Shown here piece by piece: positions 32,667-40,813 of a DNA stretch of 64,000 nucleotides. Source of the stretch: an uncultured Spirochaetota bacterium. GTDB lineage: Bacteria > Spirochaetota > UBA4802 > UBA5550. The notes under the pieces were generated by a model. The model worked only from the letters and a program-made list of their open reading frames with translations, did not search any database and was not told the DNA's origin. The stretch is taken from the NCBI GenBank assembly GCA_963827275.1, contig CAWHAA010000004.1, positions 480,001 to 544,000 of the forward strand. Direction: 5' to 3'. Each line of letters starts with the position of its first letter. Position 1 is the first letter of the stretch. Both the position numbers and the translations under genes were made by a program.

Positions 32667-33929
32667 ATGAAGAACGTTGGATTCATATCGACAAGAATAT
32701 CTGGCACTGACGGAGTAAGCCATGAGATCGAAAAATGGGCCGCCGTGCTTGAGAAGAATGGCCTGTCCTGCTCCTATTGCGCCGGGGAAGTCGATCGGCC
32801 ACGGGAACGCTGTCATGTTATCGATGAAGCCCATTTCAGGCACCCGGACATCGACACTATTAACCGGAGCGTATTTGGAAAAACAATCAGGCCGGAGAAG
32901 ATAACCGACCTTATCCATGTGTTATCCGCACACTTGAAAAGCGAACTATCAAACTATATTCGGCGTTTTGATGTCGATTGTATAATAGCCGAAAATGCGC
33001 TTGCCATTCCAATGAATATCCCTTTAGGGATAGCGTTGACAGAGCTGGTTGCAGAGACCGGTATTCCGGTTATAGCCCATCACCATGACTTTGCGTGGGA
33101 GCGTGAACGATTCCTGGTCAATGCCGCTGGTGACTACTTGCAGATGTGCTTTCCGCCTGTACTGCCCTCCGTGCTCCATGTGGTAATAAATTCGCTCGCG
33201 CGGAGGTCTCTTGCGCATCGTCGGGGCGTGACAAGCACCGTTATTCCCAATACCATTGATTACGCCAATCCACCCAAACCGGCTGATCCCGGGGCAATTA
33301 AAGGGGTCAGAGTAAATGCGGGAGTGTCCGATGGTGAAATTTTTGTTCTCCAGCCCACACGCGTGGTGCCGCGCAAATGCATTGAGCGCTCAATTGACCT
33401 TGTGAGTGGACTTGCCGGCGCGGGCAAAAGGCTTGTAATCTCACATCCCTCCGGCGATGAGGGTGATGAGTACTATACACAATTGAAGGAATACGCGAAT
33501 ATGCGCCAGGTAAGTCTGGTCAGCATAGAATCGGTGGTATCGCCGGGCCGGTCGGTGTCAGAGCAACGGCCGTATACCATCGGTGAGGTATATCAGGCCG
33601 CTGATCTTGTTACATATCCTTCGGCGTATGAGGGATTCGGGAACGCCTTCCTTGAGGCAATTTATTTCAGGAAGCCAATTTTAATGAATCGCTACCCGAT
33701 TTTCATAGCTGACATTGAGCCAAAAGGTTTTGAGTTATGTCTTATAAATGGGTTTGTTACCGTTGATGTGATCAGGTATGTAGAGCGAATTCTTTCAGAT
33801 CCGGATGCTCGTAAGAAGATGGTAGATAAAAATTATAGTATAGCGAGCGAGTGTTTTTCTTATCAAAGGCTTGAAGATCTTTTAATGGGTGTGGTGGGCT
33901 GCCTCAGACCTCGATCTCCTTGCAGATGA
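32667..33929 (+). CDS. GT4 glycosyltransferase (mannosylglucosylglycerate synthase-like)
   Basis: GTDGVSHE, IPMNIPLG, HHHDFAWER, QPTRVVPRK, YPSAYEGFGNAFLEA. Confidence 0.88.
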   Translation: MKNVGFISTRISGTDGVSHEIEKWAAVLEKNGLSCSYCAGEVDRPRERCHVIDEAHFRHPDIDTINRSVFGKTIRPEKITDLIHVLSAHLKSELSNYIRRFDVDCIIAENALAIPMNIPLGIALTELVAETGIPVIAHHHDFAWERERFLVNAAGDYLQMCFPPVLPSVLHVVINSLARRSLAHRRGVTSTVIPNTIDYANPPKPADPGAIKGVRVNAGVSDGEIFVLQPTRVVPRKCIERSIDLVSGLAGAGKRLVISHPSGDEGDEYYTQLKEYANMRQVSLVSIESVVSPGRSVSEQRPYTIGEVYQAADLVTYPSAYEGFGNAFLEAIYFRKPILMNRYPIFIADIEPKGFELCLINGFVTVDVIRYVERILSDPDARKKMVDKNYSIASECFSYQRLEDLLMGVVGCLRPRSPCR

Positions 33930-34632
33930 TCATTTCCGAGTCTTCTTCCTCCGGTCGAACTCGGTAGAGTATGCCATTTCTATCTGCTATTAAACTACGC
34001 GCTTGCAAGAAATTGCGAAATTCAGATTTGACACCGCAAACCTTGACGATGACCGCATTCGCCATCGCTGCACCCCGGACATAAATATCAAGATCACGCT
34101 TGAATTTTTCATCCGCAGATTCCTCTCTCCTTGGTGAAAAAGTAGGGGCAAATATTAGGTGAGTTCCCTGCTCGCGCATGAAATGAAAAGCATCGTCTTC
34201 AAATACATCGGCGCAGATAATCACTCCAAAAGTAATTCCATGTGCACTGAATACCTGATATAAGTCTCCTGGTGTTATCTTGCCCACTTCAGCAAAAAAG
34301 AGTCGTTTTTTACGATAACTACCCAATAGGATGCCATTATGAAACACAAAACAGGTATTGTAAGTTACCCCATTTGCAAGTTCTGGCATTGTCCCACCGA
34401 TAACAACGGTTGACAGTTCCTTGGATAATTTTGATATTCGCTGCAATTGACGTTTTTGGTTGTGGGGCGTTTGGTTCTGTGTGCCCAGAGCAGTGTTTAC
34501 GAAAAAATATTCGGGGAAACATATAAAGTGTGGCTTGAAACTTCGAAACAGGCTGGTGTCAGAGTGAGTTATAGGGACTCCAAGCGGTTTTTGAGATATT
34601 ATAATTCGAAGTTTCATGACTACGTTTCCCAT
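33904..34632 (-). CDS. carbon-nitrogen hydrolase (nitrilase superfamily)
   Basis: Catalytic E-K-C triad: FPEYF, YRKKRLF, ICADVF. Confidence 0.88.
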   Translation of the reverse strand: MGNVVMKLRIIISQKPLGVPITHSDTSLFRSFKPHFICFPEYFFVNTALGTQNQTPHNQKRQLQRISKLSKELSTVVIGGTMPELANGVTYNTCFVFHNGILLGSYRKKRLFFAEVGKITPGDLYQVFSAHGITFGVIICADVFEDDAFHFMREQGTHLIFAPTFSPRREESADEKFKRDLDIYVRGAAMANAVIVKVCGVKSEFRNFLQARSLIADRNGILYRVRPEEEDSEMIICKEIEV

Positions 34633-34848
34633 GCAACTAGTAATCTTTTATTTAATAATATCAAGAGATTTTAGTGTCAGAGTAACATTATTTTAGTACT
34701 GGAATAGCATAGTAGCAAAAATATCTAGTAATCTGGGATCTATGGACTTTAAAGATAATCAGAACTGATTTGAATTTTAAGGAGAGAAGGCTTAATAAAA
34801 TAAGCTAAATATTTGTACTTCTGGAATTCCAACTGTTGCGATAACCAA

Positions 34849-35448
34849 TTACCCAAACAGGCTTTCCGGGAAGATTCGCTTTCTATACCTTTCTTCGTAT
34901 TCAAGAAATTTTCCGACCCGTTCCTCGAAGGTAGCCCCCAGCTTTACAAAATATTCATGCAGGGTGATGGTTACCGGCGGAATGAATTCCTTGCTCAAAT
35001 AGCAGCGGATAGACCCATACTTGTAATCTCGGGGATCTGCGACAGTTTTGCTTTTTACCGGATTATAGGCCATATAAAGCAATATTACGAAAAACGTCGA
35101 AACCGGGTCGTCAGTAAGTTCAATAATGGTATCGCTGAAGCGCTCATTCCAGAAGGGGCCAATCCTGCCCATGATCCGGTTATATCGCCGTGCAAATTGT
35201 GACTTGATGAACTGCATGATACGAGAAATGGACTCGCCGCCATCAAGCGTACGGATAAGAAAATGGAAATGATTGGCCATGAGGGTATAGTTGATCAGCT
35301 CAAAATGGTATTTTTCAAGCGCCAGGTCTAAGACAAAAAGCATCAAGTCTTTCATCTCATCAGAATGCATGAGGTGTTTTTTCTCGATGCAGCGTGACAT
35401 GGTGTGATAGGTATGTTCCGGCAGGCAGTTCCGTTGTTTTCGCGGCAT
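34849..35448 (-). mobile_element. REP-associated tyrosine transposase-like (HUH/Y1, IS200-superfamily TnpA)
   Basis: MPRKQR start, YHTMSRC, NHFH (HUH), FWNERF, YMAYNPVK (catalytic Tyr), DYKYGS. No tnpB. Flanked by motif A at 35532 and 34673. Confidence 0.9.
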
Positions 35449-35567
35449 GGCGTCCTCCTTTGCTTGTGGGATGTCTTGCTTGCGTTTGCTGTATATACGA
35501 ATGGGAGGCCGCCTTCTGGTAATAATTTTATGGGGTCAGAGTAAAAAAGTTAAATATAAAAATAAAT

Positions 35568-35675
35568 TTCATTCCAAGACTCTTTGCCGTTTATTCCCTC
35601 CCACGTAGCTTTCATTCCACAAAACGTAGCATTCATTCCTCTTGGCTTGCGTATTTTTAAAAGATTCGGTATTAA
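35568..35675 (+). promoter_or_regulatory. four phased TTYATTCC boxes followed by a sigma70-like promoter
   Basis: ATTCC at 35571, 35593, 35614, 35635 (spacing 22/21/21), then TTGCGT-N17-TATTAA at 35647-35675. Confidence 0.55.
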
Positions 35676-35766
35676 TTATTACAACAATATGCTTCCTTTG
35701 TTCTGGTCCCGGGATGGCCGGCATGGAAGGCGTATTGTGATTTTATTGTTATGGTGAGGAGGGAAT

Positions 35767-36321
35767 ATGTCAGAATTAAATTATGCCGATGCCGGATTTG
35801 ATGAGCAATTTTCCATTAATTATCGAAAGTTTTCTCTGGCGGTAGTGAGGTTCCTGAAAAAAATCATCTATGACAGAGACATCTGCGAGGAACTGTGTCA
35901 GGATGTATTTCTCAAAGTATACGAAAGAAAAGTTCGGCTTGATCCGGATGCGCCTCAGACGCTGAATTATTTATTTACCATGGCAAAGAATATGGCCATA
36001 GATTATCTGCGGCGCAGAAGGTCCGAAGAAGACAAATTGAAGTATTTGCGCCTTGATGAAGCGCACATGGACCGCCAATTTTATGAAAATATTGAAAACA
36101 TATGTCTGCGCGGGGAGATTATCTCTACTTTAAGGGATACGATTGATTCTTTTCCTCAAAAACAACGGACTCTATTTATCGCTAAGAATTTATTCAATAT
36201 ATCAAAAGCCACACTATCCAAAGACAGCGGCATTTCTTTGTATCTATTGAGGCAGATGGAGGGTGAAATCGTTCGTAAGATAAAAAGCAATCTCGGGCAT
36301 TTCTTTGGATATAATGATTAA
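35767..36321 (+). CDS. ECF sigma-70 factor (AT-rich)
   Basis: GAGGAGG RBS, ICEELCQDVFLK, NYLFTMAKNMAIDYLRR, region-4-like C-terminus. Confidence 0.85.
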   Translation: MSELNYADAGFDEQFSINYRKFSLAVVRFLKKIIYDRDICEELCQDVFLKVYERKVRLDPDAPQTLNYLFTMAKNMAIDYLRRRRSEEDKLKYLRLDEAHMDRQFYENIENICLRGEIISTLRDTIDSFPQKQRTLFIAKNLFNISKATLSKDSGISLYLLRQMEGEIVRKIKSNLGHFFGYND

Positions 36322-36498
36322 CAGAATAATCTTGACAGGAAAAACATAAAAAAGATAAAGAAAAAATTCGAGAACCGGGACTCCGCGTCCGTGGCGCGCG
36401 ACGGCGGTACGTCCGTCTATCTATTTAAGAAGATAGAGCGTGAGTTCAACCGGCGGGTATGGGACTCCCTATGGCACTATTTTTCCGGCGCAGAATAA
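36322..36498 (+). pseudogene. relic 3' end of a paralogous ECF sigma factor (no start codon)
   Basis: Translates ...KKFENRDSASVARDGGTSVYLFKKIEREFNRRVWDSLWHYFSGAE*; 14/41 ungapped identity to the C-terminus of the upstream sigma. Confidence 0.75.
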
Positions 36499-36528
36499 TG
36501 TATTGACAAAAAAAGAGACCGGGATATG

Positions 36529-36557
36529 TTGACCGAGCGCTCGTTCGGTATTATATT
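36529..36557 (+). promoter_or_regulatory. promoter overlapped by a putative TetR operator
   Basis: TTGACC-N17-TATATT with the inverted repeat ACCGAGCG-CT-CGTTCGGT (36532-36549). Confidence 0.65.
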
Positions 36558-36575
36558 ATAATCATAAGGGGGGTC

Positions 36576-37256
36576 ATGGCGCCCGCGCAAGGGGCTCCGG
36601 AAGCCATGGAAACAAAAAAAAGGGGGAAAAACGTACCGACACAGATCAAGAACCAGGACCTGGTCGCGAAGCGACGGCGGCAGATTATAGACGCGGCCGT
36701 GCGTCTGTTCATAGAAAAAGGTTTTCACAAAACGACCACCCGTCAGATCGCCGCCGCGGCCGGTCTGCCGATCGGCTCCATGTATGAATACGTGGCCTCA
36801 AAGGAGGACATCCTCTACCTTGTCTGCGACGCGATACACGCCGAGGTCGAGAAGGGCGTGATCGAAGCCATGGCCCGGGCCAGCAAGGGGAAGAACATCC
36901 TGGCCGGGGCTATCCGGGAATACTTCCTGGTGAGCGACCGTATGAGCGACCACATCCTGCTTATCTATCAGGAGACGCAGTCACTCCCCCGCCAGTGGCG
37001 CCGCAAGGTGCTGGAGAACGAGGTACGCATTACCGGGATCTTCATTACCCTGATCAAGCTCCTGATATCCTCCGGCGATCTGCCGCCGCGCGGTGACCGC
37101 GCAGTAGAAGTGGCGGCACACAATATCGCTGTGCTGGGACACATGTGGACCTTCAGGCGATGGTTCTTCACCCGGCACTACAGCATCGAGGAATATATCA
37201 AACTCCAGACCGAGTTCATCCTTGGATCGTATAAAATGAAGGAAAAGAAACAATAA
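36576..37256 (+). CDS. TetR/AcrR family transcriptional regulator
   Basis: RRQIIDAAVRLFIEKGFHKTTTRQIA...GSMYEYVASKEDIL. Confidence 0.93.
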   Translation: MAPAQGAPEAMETKKRGKNVPTQIKNQDLVAKRRRQIIDAAVRLFIEKGFHKTTTRQIAAAAGLPIGSMYEYVASKEDILYLVCDAIHAEVEKGVIEAMARASKGKNILAGAIREYFLVSDRMSDHILLIYQETQSLPRQWRRKVLENEVRITGIFITLIKLLISSGDLPPRGDRAVEVAAHNIAVLGHMWTFRRWFFTRHYSIEEYIKLQTEFILGSYKMKEKKQ

Positions 37257-37322
37257 AAAGACTTGATAAAAAATGGAGCGCTTCATTAATCAACGGGATT
37301 ACGCAGGGAGAATATTCAGGCC

Positions 37323-40300
37323 ATGAAACAAACGACCGCAACCAAAACTGAAAAAAGCCCTTCGGGGGCATCATCACATGTGCACGGGATATACAGGCCG
37401 AAGAACAGGGTCCGGGTCGTAACCGCGACGTCTCTCTTTGATGGCCATGACGTGGCCATCAATATGTTCAGGAGGATCCTTCAGGAAACAGGCGTTGAGG
37501 TGATTCATCTGGGTCACAACCGATCCGTCGATGAGATCGTAAGCGCAGCAATAGAAGAGGATGTGCAGGGGATTGCCGTTTCCTGTTATCAGGGCGGGCA
37601 CGTCGAATTTTTCAAATATATAATCGATCTCCTGAAAGAGCGGGGGGGCCCGCATATCCGGGTCTTCGGCGGCGGGGGCGGCGTGATCGTACCGGAGGAA
37701 GCGAGCGAGCTCGAGGAATACGGCGTGGCAAAAATCTATACGCCTGAACATGGCGCGCAGATGGGCCTTCAGGGCATTATCAACCACCTTGTAAGTGAAA
37801 TTGATTTTCCGATTCCGGACGCTGTCGCGACTGATATCTCTCTACTTTCATATGATAATAAAGCTGCGATCGCCCGGCTCATCACCATGGCGGAGACGGT
37901 TGATCCCCGTGGTTCTGATAATTACGCGTCGATTCGCCAGCTTGTCCGCAAGGCTGCCGGTGAAAGAAAGATGCCGGTCATCGGGATCTCCGGCACCGGT
38001 GGCGCAGGCAAGTCGTCAATAATCGACGAGATCATTGTGCGCTTTCTGCATGATTTTAGTGATCTGCGCGCGGCGGTGCTCTGCAGCGATCCTGCAAAAC
38101 GCAGGAGCGGTGGTGCGCTGCTGGGCGATCGTATCCGGATGAACGCGATCACGAATCCCCGTGTATATATGCGCTCGTTTGCCGCCGGCCAATCCAATAT
38201 TGATTTTTCTGAATCGCTGTCCGATGCGCTCGCCGTTGTAAGGGCGGCCGGCTTTGATCTCGCGATAGCGGAGACGGCGGGCGTGGGCCAGGGAAGCGCC
38301 GGTCTTACCGATCTCGCCGATGTGTCGGTCTACGTGATGACCAGCGAGTACGGCGCGGCATCGCAGCTCGAAAAAATCACCATGCTCGATTATGCCGATG
38401 TGGTTATCGTGAATAAATTCGAAAAAGAGGGCGCGGATGATGCCCTCCGCGACGTACGGAAACAGGTCCAGAGGAACCACAAGGCATTCGACAGGTCGCC
38501 TGATGAGATGCCGGTATTCGGTACCATCGCTTCCCGGTTTAACGACGACGGCCTTACCGCCCTCTATCATTTTCTGCTCGATTGTATCAATGAGAAAACA
38601 GGGAGCAACCTGGTTTCGGGCCTGCCGCGACCGGATCGGCGGACATCGTCATCCAAGACAATAATAATTCCGTCCCGTCGCACCCGCTACCTGTCAGAGA
38701 TAGCCGATACGGTGCGTGACTACCATAAACGCACCGTGGAGCAGGCGGATATCGTGCGCGCCATATGGCACCTGCGGGAATCTGCGACGCGGCTGGCGGA
38801 ACGGGGCGATGCCGCTGGTGCGGTTGAACGGCTTACCGAGGAAGCGGCGCGCATGGAACCGCTGATCGAAAGCGAGACAACGTATCTCCTGTACCAGTGG
38901 GACGTCATCAGGGAGGATTACCGGAAGGATGAGCTCGTGTATCTCGTGCGCGACCAGGAGGTCAGGACGCCCCTGTATTACGAGTCCCTTTCCGGCAAGA
39001 AGATCCCCAAAATCGCCCTCCCGCGTTTCACCGACCCTGGCGAGGTGTATCGCTGGATGCGCGAGGAAAATATCCCCGGCTGGTTTCCCTATACGGCGGG
39101 CGTATTCCCGTTGAAGCGGATGAACGAGGACCCCACCCGCATGTTCGCGGGCGAGGGAAACCCGGAGCGGACCAACGCGCGCTTCAAGCTCCTGTCCGCC
39201 AATTTCGCAGCGAAGCGCCTCAGCACCGCATTTGACTCGGTCACGCTCTATGGCCGTGATCCTGAGACAAGGCCGGATGTCTACGGCAAGGTGGGGACTT
39301 CCGGCGTGAGCGTGTGTACGCTTGACGATGTGAAGGTCCTCTACGGCGGGTTCGACCTTACAGCGCCCGCGACCTCGGTTTCAATGACCGTAAACGGCCC
39401 GGCGCCGATGATGCTCGCAATGTTCCTGAACGCGGCGATTGACCAGCAGGAAGAACGGTTCGCGTCTCAGACGGGGCGGCAGCCGAATGCGGAAGAGCAT
39501 GCAAGGATACGCACCGATGTGCTTTCGAACGTACGTGGAACGGTGCAGGCCGATATATTAAAAGAAGACCAGGGCCAGAATACCTGTATTTTTTCTATCG
39601 ACTTTGCCCTCAAGATGATGGGAGATATACAGCAGTTTTTTATTGATAATAACGTGCGCAATCTTTACTCCGTGTCGATATCCGGCTATCATATCGCAGA
39701 GGCGGGAGCAAACCCGATCACACAGCTGGCCTTCACGCTGGCCAACGGATTCACCTATGTGGAATACTATCTCTCGCGCGGCATGCCCATTGACAGCTTT
39801 GCGCCGAACCTCTCCTTTTTCTTCTCAAACGGCATGGACCCGGAATACACGGTCATCGGTCGGGTGGCGCGTCGTATATGGGCAGTTGCCATGAGGGAGA
39901 AATACCGTGCCGCGCCGCGGTCGCAGATGCTCAAATATCACATCCAGACATCAGGCCGGTCGCTTCACAGCCAGGAGATACAGTTTAACGATATCCGTAC
40001 CACGCTGCAGGCACTCTGCGCGGTGTACGATAACTGCAATAGCCTCCATACCAATGCCTATGACGAGGCCATCACGACACCCAGCCGCGAATCGGTACGC
40101 CGTGCTCTGGCGATACAGCAGATCATCAACAGGGAATGGGGTCTGGCGCGGAACGAAAACCCGGAGCAGGGGAGCTTTATCGTTGAAGAGCTCACCAGTC
40201 TTGTCGAGGAAGCGGTGCTCGCGGAATTCGACCGCATCACGGAGCGGGGCGGGGTGCTCGGCGCGATGGAAAAGGGCTACCAGCGGAGCCAGATACAGGA

Positions 40301-40640
40301 AGAATCGATGCACTATGAACACCTGAAGCACTCCGGGGGGCTCCCCATCGTGGGGGTGAACGCGTTCCTTGACGGCGAGACGTCTCATGGCGGCGAGATA
40401 GCCACCGTTGAGCTCGCTCGCGCCACCGAGGAAGAGAAGCGCTCACAGCTCCGGCGCCTGGACGAATTTCACCGCCGCAATGCACATGAAGCGCCGCGTG
40501 CGCTGAAAAAACTTATGGAGACGGCATTGTCGGGAGGAAACGTTTTTGCAGAAATGATGAACACCGTCCGCTACTGCTCCATAGGCCAGATCACGAATGC
40601 GCTTTACTCTGTGGGCGGCCAGTACCGGAGAAGCATGTAG
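37323..40640 (+). CDS. icmF: fused isobutyryl-CoA mutase / MeaI GTPase
   Basis: B12-binding DGHDVA...SCYQGGH, GTPase GTGGAGKSS / GDRIRM / ETAGVGQ, mutase TRMFAGEG (Phe specificity position), RGTVQADILKE. Confidence 0.95.
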   Translation: MKQTTATKTEKSPSGASSHVHGIYRPKNRVRVVTATSLFDGHDVAINMFRRILQETGVEVIHLGHNRSVDEIVSAAIEEDVQGIAVSCYQGGHVEFFKYIIDLLKERGGPHIRVFGGGGGVIVPEEASELEEYGVAKIYTPEHGAQMGLQGIINHLVSEIDFPIPDAVATDISLLSYDNKAAIARLITMAETVDPRGSDNYASIRQLVRKAAGERKMPVIGISGTGGAGKSSIIDEIIVRFLHDFSDLRAAVLCSDPAKRRSGGALLGDRIRMNAITNPRVYMRSFAAGQSNIDFSESLSDALAVVRAAGFDLAIAETAGVGQGSAGLTDLADVSVYVMTSEYGAASQLEKITMLDYADVVIVNKFEKEGADDALRDVRKQVQRNHKAFDRSPDEMPVFGTIASRFNDDGLTALYHFLLDCINEKTGSNLVSGLPRPDRRTSSSKTIIIPSRRTRYLSEIADTVRDYHKRTVEQADIVRAIWHLRESATRLAERGDAAGAVERLTEEAARMEPLIESETTYLLYQWDVIREDYRKDELVYLVRDQEVRTPLYYESLSGKKIPKIALPRFTDPGEVYRWMREENIPGWFPYTAGVFPLKRMNEDPTRMFAGEGNPERTNARFKLLSANFAAKRLSTAFDSVTLYGRDPETRPDVYGKVGTSGVSVCTLDDVKVLYGGFDLTAPATSVSMTVNGPAPMMLAMFLNAAIDQQEERFASQTGRQPNAEEHARIRTDVLSNVRGTVQADILKEDQGQNTCIFSIDFALKMMGDIQQFFIDNNVRNLYSVSISGYHIAEAGANPITQLAFTLANGFTYVEYYLSRGMPIDSFAPNLSFFFSNGMDPEYTVIGRVARRIWAVAMREKYRAAPRSQMLKYHIQTSGRSLHSQEIQFNDIRTTLQALCAVYDNCNSLHTNAYDEAITTPSRESVRRALAIQQIINREWGLARNENPEQGSFIVEELTSLVEEAVLAEFDRITERGGVLGAMEKGYQRSQIQEESMHYEHLKHSGGLPIVGVNAFLDGETSHGGEIATVELARATEEEKRSQLRRLDEFHRRNAHEAPRALKKLMETALSGGNVFAEMMNTVRYCSIGQITNALYSVGGQYRRSM

Positions 40641-40722
40641 TCATATCCCTCTGTTTTTATGGTAAAATTCTCTTCCTGCTGTGAATTAAACTGAAGCTGG
40701 CCAGCCTGATTTGATAATAAGA

Positions 40723-40813
40723 CTGCTCTGACACCTCGTTTTCAGAATATTTTACTCTGACCCCGGTTTCCCATTTTCAATTTACTCTGACACCAAATAT
40801 TTACTCTGACCCC
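40723..40813 (+). repeat. four-copy motif A mini-array
   Basis: Copies at 40723, 40752, 40782, 40801 with unique spacers of 16/17/6 nt; the last copy contains the sulfatase TAA. Confidence 0.9.

Noticed and set aside
34849..35448. Canonical IS200/IS605 element with TnpB or omega-RNA
   Set aside because: No tnpB or iscB and no clear subterminal hairpin pair; protein motifs and flanking repeats fit a RAYT-like enzyme better.
36367..36480. GC-rich stretch after a TTGACA box as a structured ncRNA (6S-like)
   Set aside because: Better explained as the coding relic of a paralogous ECF sigma C-terminus; no convincing known RNA fold.
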